A DNA stretch of 63,179 nt, the filler included, from a bacterium (GTDB lineage Bacteria > JBDRGX01): the NCBI GenBank assembly GCA_043817485.1. It is 10 parts of 10 records of this genome, joined end to end, with 100 filler letters (N's around TTAATTAATTAA, not from the genome) between each part and the next. Parts side by side here need not be neighbours in the genome. Positions count along the whole stretch, not along the records: positions 61,146 to 63,179 come from JBDRGX010000085.1; 9 more parts are not named here. One strand, given 5' to 3'. The translations under genes and the position numbers were made by a program. This document shows, one piece after another, positions 61,889 to 63,179 of the stretch. Position 1 is the stretch's first letter; every line of letters begins with the position of its first letter. Under the pieces are notes generated by a model. That model did no database searches. It had not been told where the DNA came from and saw nothing but the letters and a program-made list of their open reading frames with translations.

Positions 61889-62260
61889 ATGGTTATATTT
61901 TTATTAGGAGAAATAATTAAAGTTGATATTAAATATATGAGACATAATAAAAAAATTCCTCTTAAAAGACCAACATTCATAGTTGCAGATAGTGGACAGA
62001 GAGAAGTTTTATTAATTCCTATGAGAACAAAAAAAACAAAATCATGTACTTTTAGAATAATAAATAATGATTTTTTATATGGAGGATTAGAACATGATTC
62101 TCATTTATGTTTTAGATATACTCACTTTGTTAAAAAAAACAAAATAAAATTATGTAATAAAGTTGGAAGATTAAAACCGGAAATAACAAAAAAAATAGAT
62201 AATATAGTAAATCAAAAAATAAAAAATAATGAATTAAAATATTTGTGGAAATATATATAA
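61889..62260 (+). CDS. PemK/MazF-like toxin
   Basis: GEII.V, KRP..IV, IPM.T, GL..DS, VGRL. Confidence 0.65.
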   Translation: MVIFLLGEIIKVDIKYMRHNKKIPLKRPTFIVADSGQREVLLIPMRTKKTKSCTFRIINNDFLYGGLEHDSHLCFRYTHFVKKNKIKLCNKVGRLKPEITKKIDNIVNQKIKNNELKYLWKYI

Positions 62261-62427
62261 TGAAAAAAATAATTAAAAGAAAAGATTTATCATTTGGGAT
62301 TGATAAAATTTTTTCGAATGAAAAACAGACTGAAGAATATATAAATCACCAAAATAAATTTTTTAATAGTTTAATTATCAAAAATAAAAGTGAATACATA
62401 GTATATCGACAATTTCCTAAAAAATAA
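62260..62427 (+). CDS. Small hypothetical protein
   Basis: ATG overlapping the upstream stop codon (TAATG). Confidence 0.4.
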   Translation: MKKIIKRKDLSFGIDKIFSNEKQTEEYINHQNKFFNSLIIKNKSEYIVYRQFPKK

Positions 62428-62447
62428 AATTAAATAAAATTAAGATT

Positions 62448-63029
62448 ATGGCTAGAAAAGGACAAAAATACTCAAAGGAATGGCTCACAATAGAAGAGCG
62501 AGATAAGTTATTTGCATCCCCAGATATCAAAGCACGGGATCTTCTACTCATGAGAACCTGCTACTATGGGGCTCTTAGAATAAACGAAGCTTTGATTTCT
62601 AGACAAGAAGATTATGTTCGAGAAGGAGAATATGCGTTCTTGGTTCTTCGAAGCCAAAAAACTGATAAAAAGAACTGGGAAAAGCAACCAATTCCTATGC
62701 ATCTCTATTCCGAGATAAAACGATACTGTGAAGCAAATGACATTAAAACACAGGACTATGTATTCCAATCACGACAACGAGATCATTTAAGTTATCAACG
62801 AGCTATTCAAATAGTAAAAAAGTGTGCTGTGAAAGTAAAACTCAACAAAAACATAACTACACATACCTTCAGACGTTCTCGTCTCCAACATATGCTCGAT
62901 GCGGGGGAAGACCCATACTTTGCTCAAGATTTTGCCAGACATAAATCAATAGACACAACCCGTAACTATCTAAAAATCTCTAAGATAGATATCGCGGAGA
63001 AAATGAACCAAATTGACAAAAAAATATAA
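62448..63029 (+). CDS. Tyrosine recombinase, catalytic domain only
   Basis: GALRINE (R), QKT (K), HTFRRS (HxxR), ARH (H), TTRNY (Y); 193 aa. Confidence 0.92.
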   Translation: MARKGQKYSKEWLTIEERDKLFASPDIKARDLLLMRTCYYGALRINEALISRQEDYVREGEYAFLVLRSQKTDKKNWEKQPIPMHLYSEIKRYCEANDIKTQDYVFQSRQRDHLSYQRAIQIVKKCAVKVKLNKNITTHTFRRSRLQHMLDAGEDPYFAQDFARHKSIDTTRNYLKISKIDIAEKMNQIDKKI

Positions 63030-63179
63030 AAATAAAGAATAATGTTTTCTAAAATTTTAACTCATAAAACAATATATATTACTTTTATAATTAAGACTTA
63101 ATAAAATAGTATTAGGAACAAAATTAAAAACTATAAAAATAAATTAAAACTTTTATAAAAAACAAACATTTAAATATAT

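Overview
This window is not one chromosome segment. It is ten contigs joined by artificial 100-nt linkers (N-run + TTAATTAATTAA + N-run). Contigs 1-2 (1-8192) look archaeal and DPANN-like: alpha2-type GlyRS, CCA-less tRNA-Cys and tRNA-Arg with TATA boxes, a 275-aa minimal [FeFe]-hydrogenase-like gene and glycan genes. Contigs 3-6, 8 and 9 come from a very AT-rich diderm bacterium, linked to each other by shared repeat families. They carry rny, ftsY, smc, pfp, carD, a TolC/MacAB-type exporter, dnaA, ruvAB, ilvC, hisCB, mlaEF, dnaB, rplI, rpsR, ssb, rpsF, thrS, nagB, apgM, mog, moaC, nadD, proA, three truncated R-M genes and a Panacea-type TA pair. Contig 7 (orphan receiver, surface protein) is bacterial-like but unlinked, and contig 10 is a mobile or viral-like fragment. 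The most striking signal is a set of small non-autonomous elements with no transposase in the window. (i) A 111-bp IS200/IS605-end-like element is inserted exactly in frame, next to a TTTAT motif, 2-3 codons after the start of two unrelated genes (nadD and a GT-C glycosyltransferase), adding a 37-aa peptide. (ii) A ~118-bp TIR element sits in the centre of a GTAG-type REP palindrome and carries two NrdR-box-like sites 31 bp apart in both copies. (iii) An ERIC/Correia-like MITE family supplies one gene's C-terminus and hosts nested REP-like elements. Frameshifts at 11-12-nt poly(A) runs (dnaB, moaC) are probably sequencing errors.
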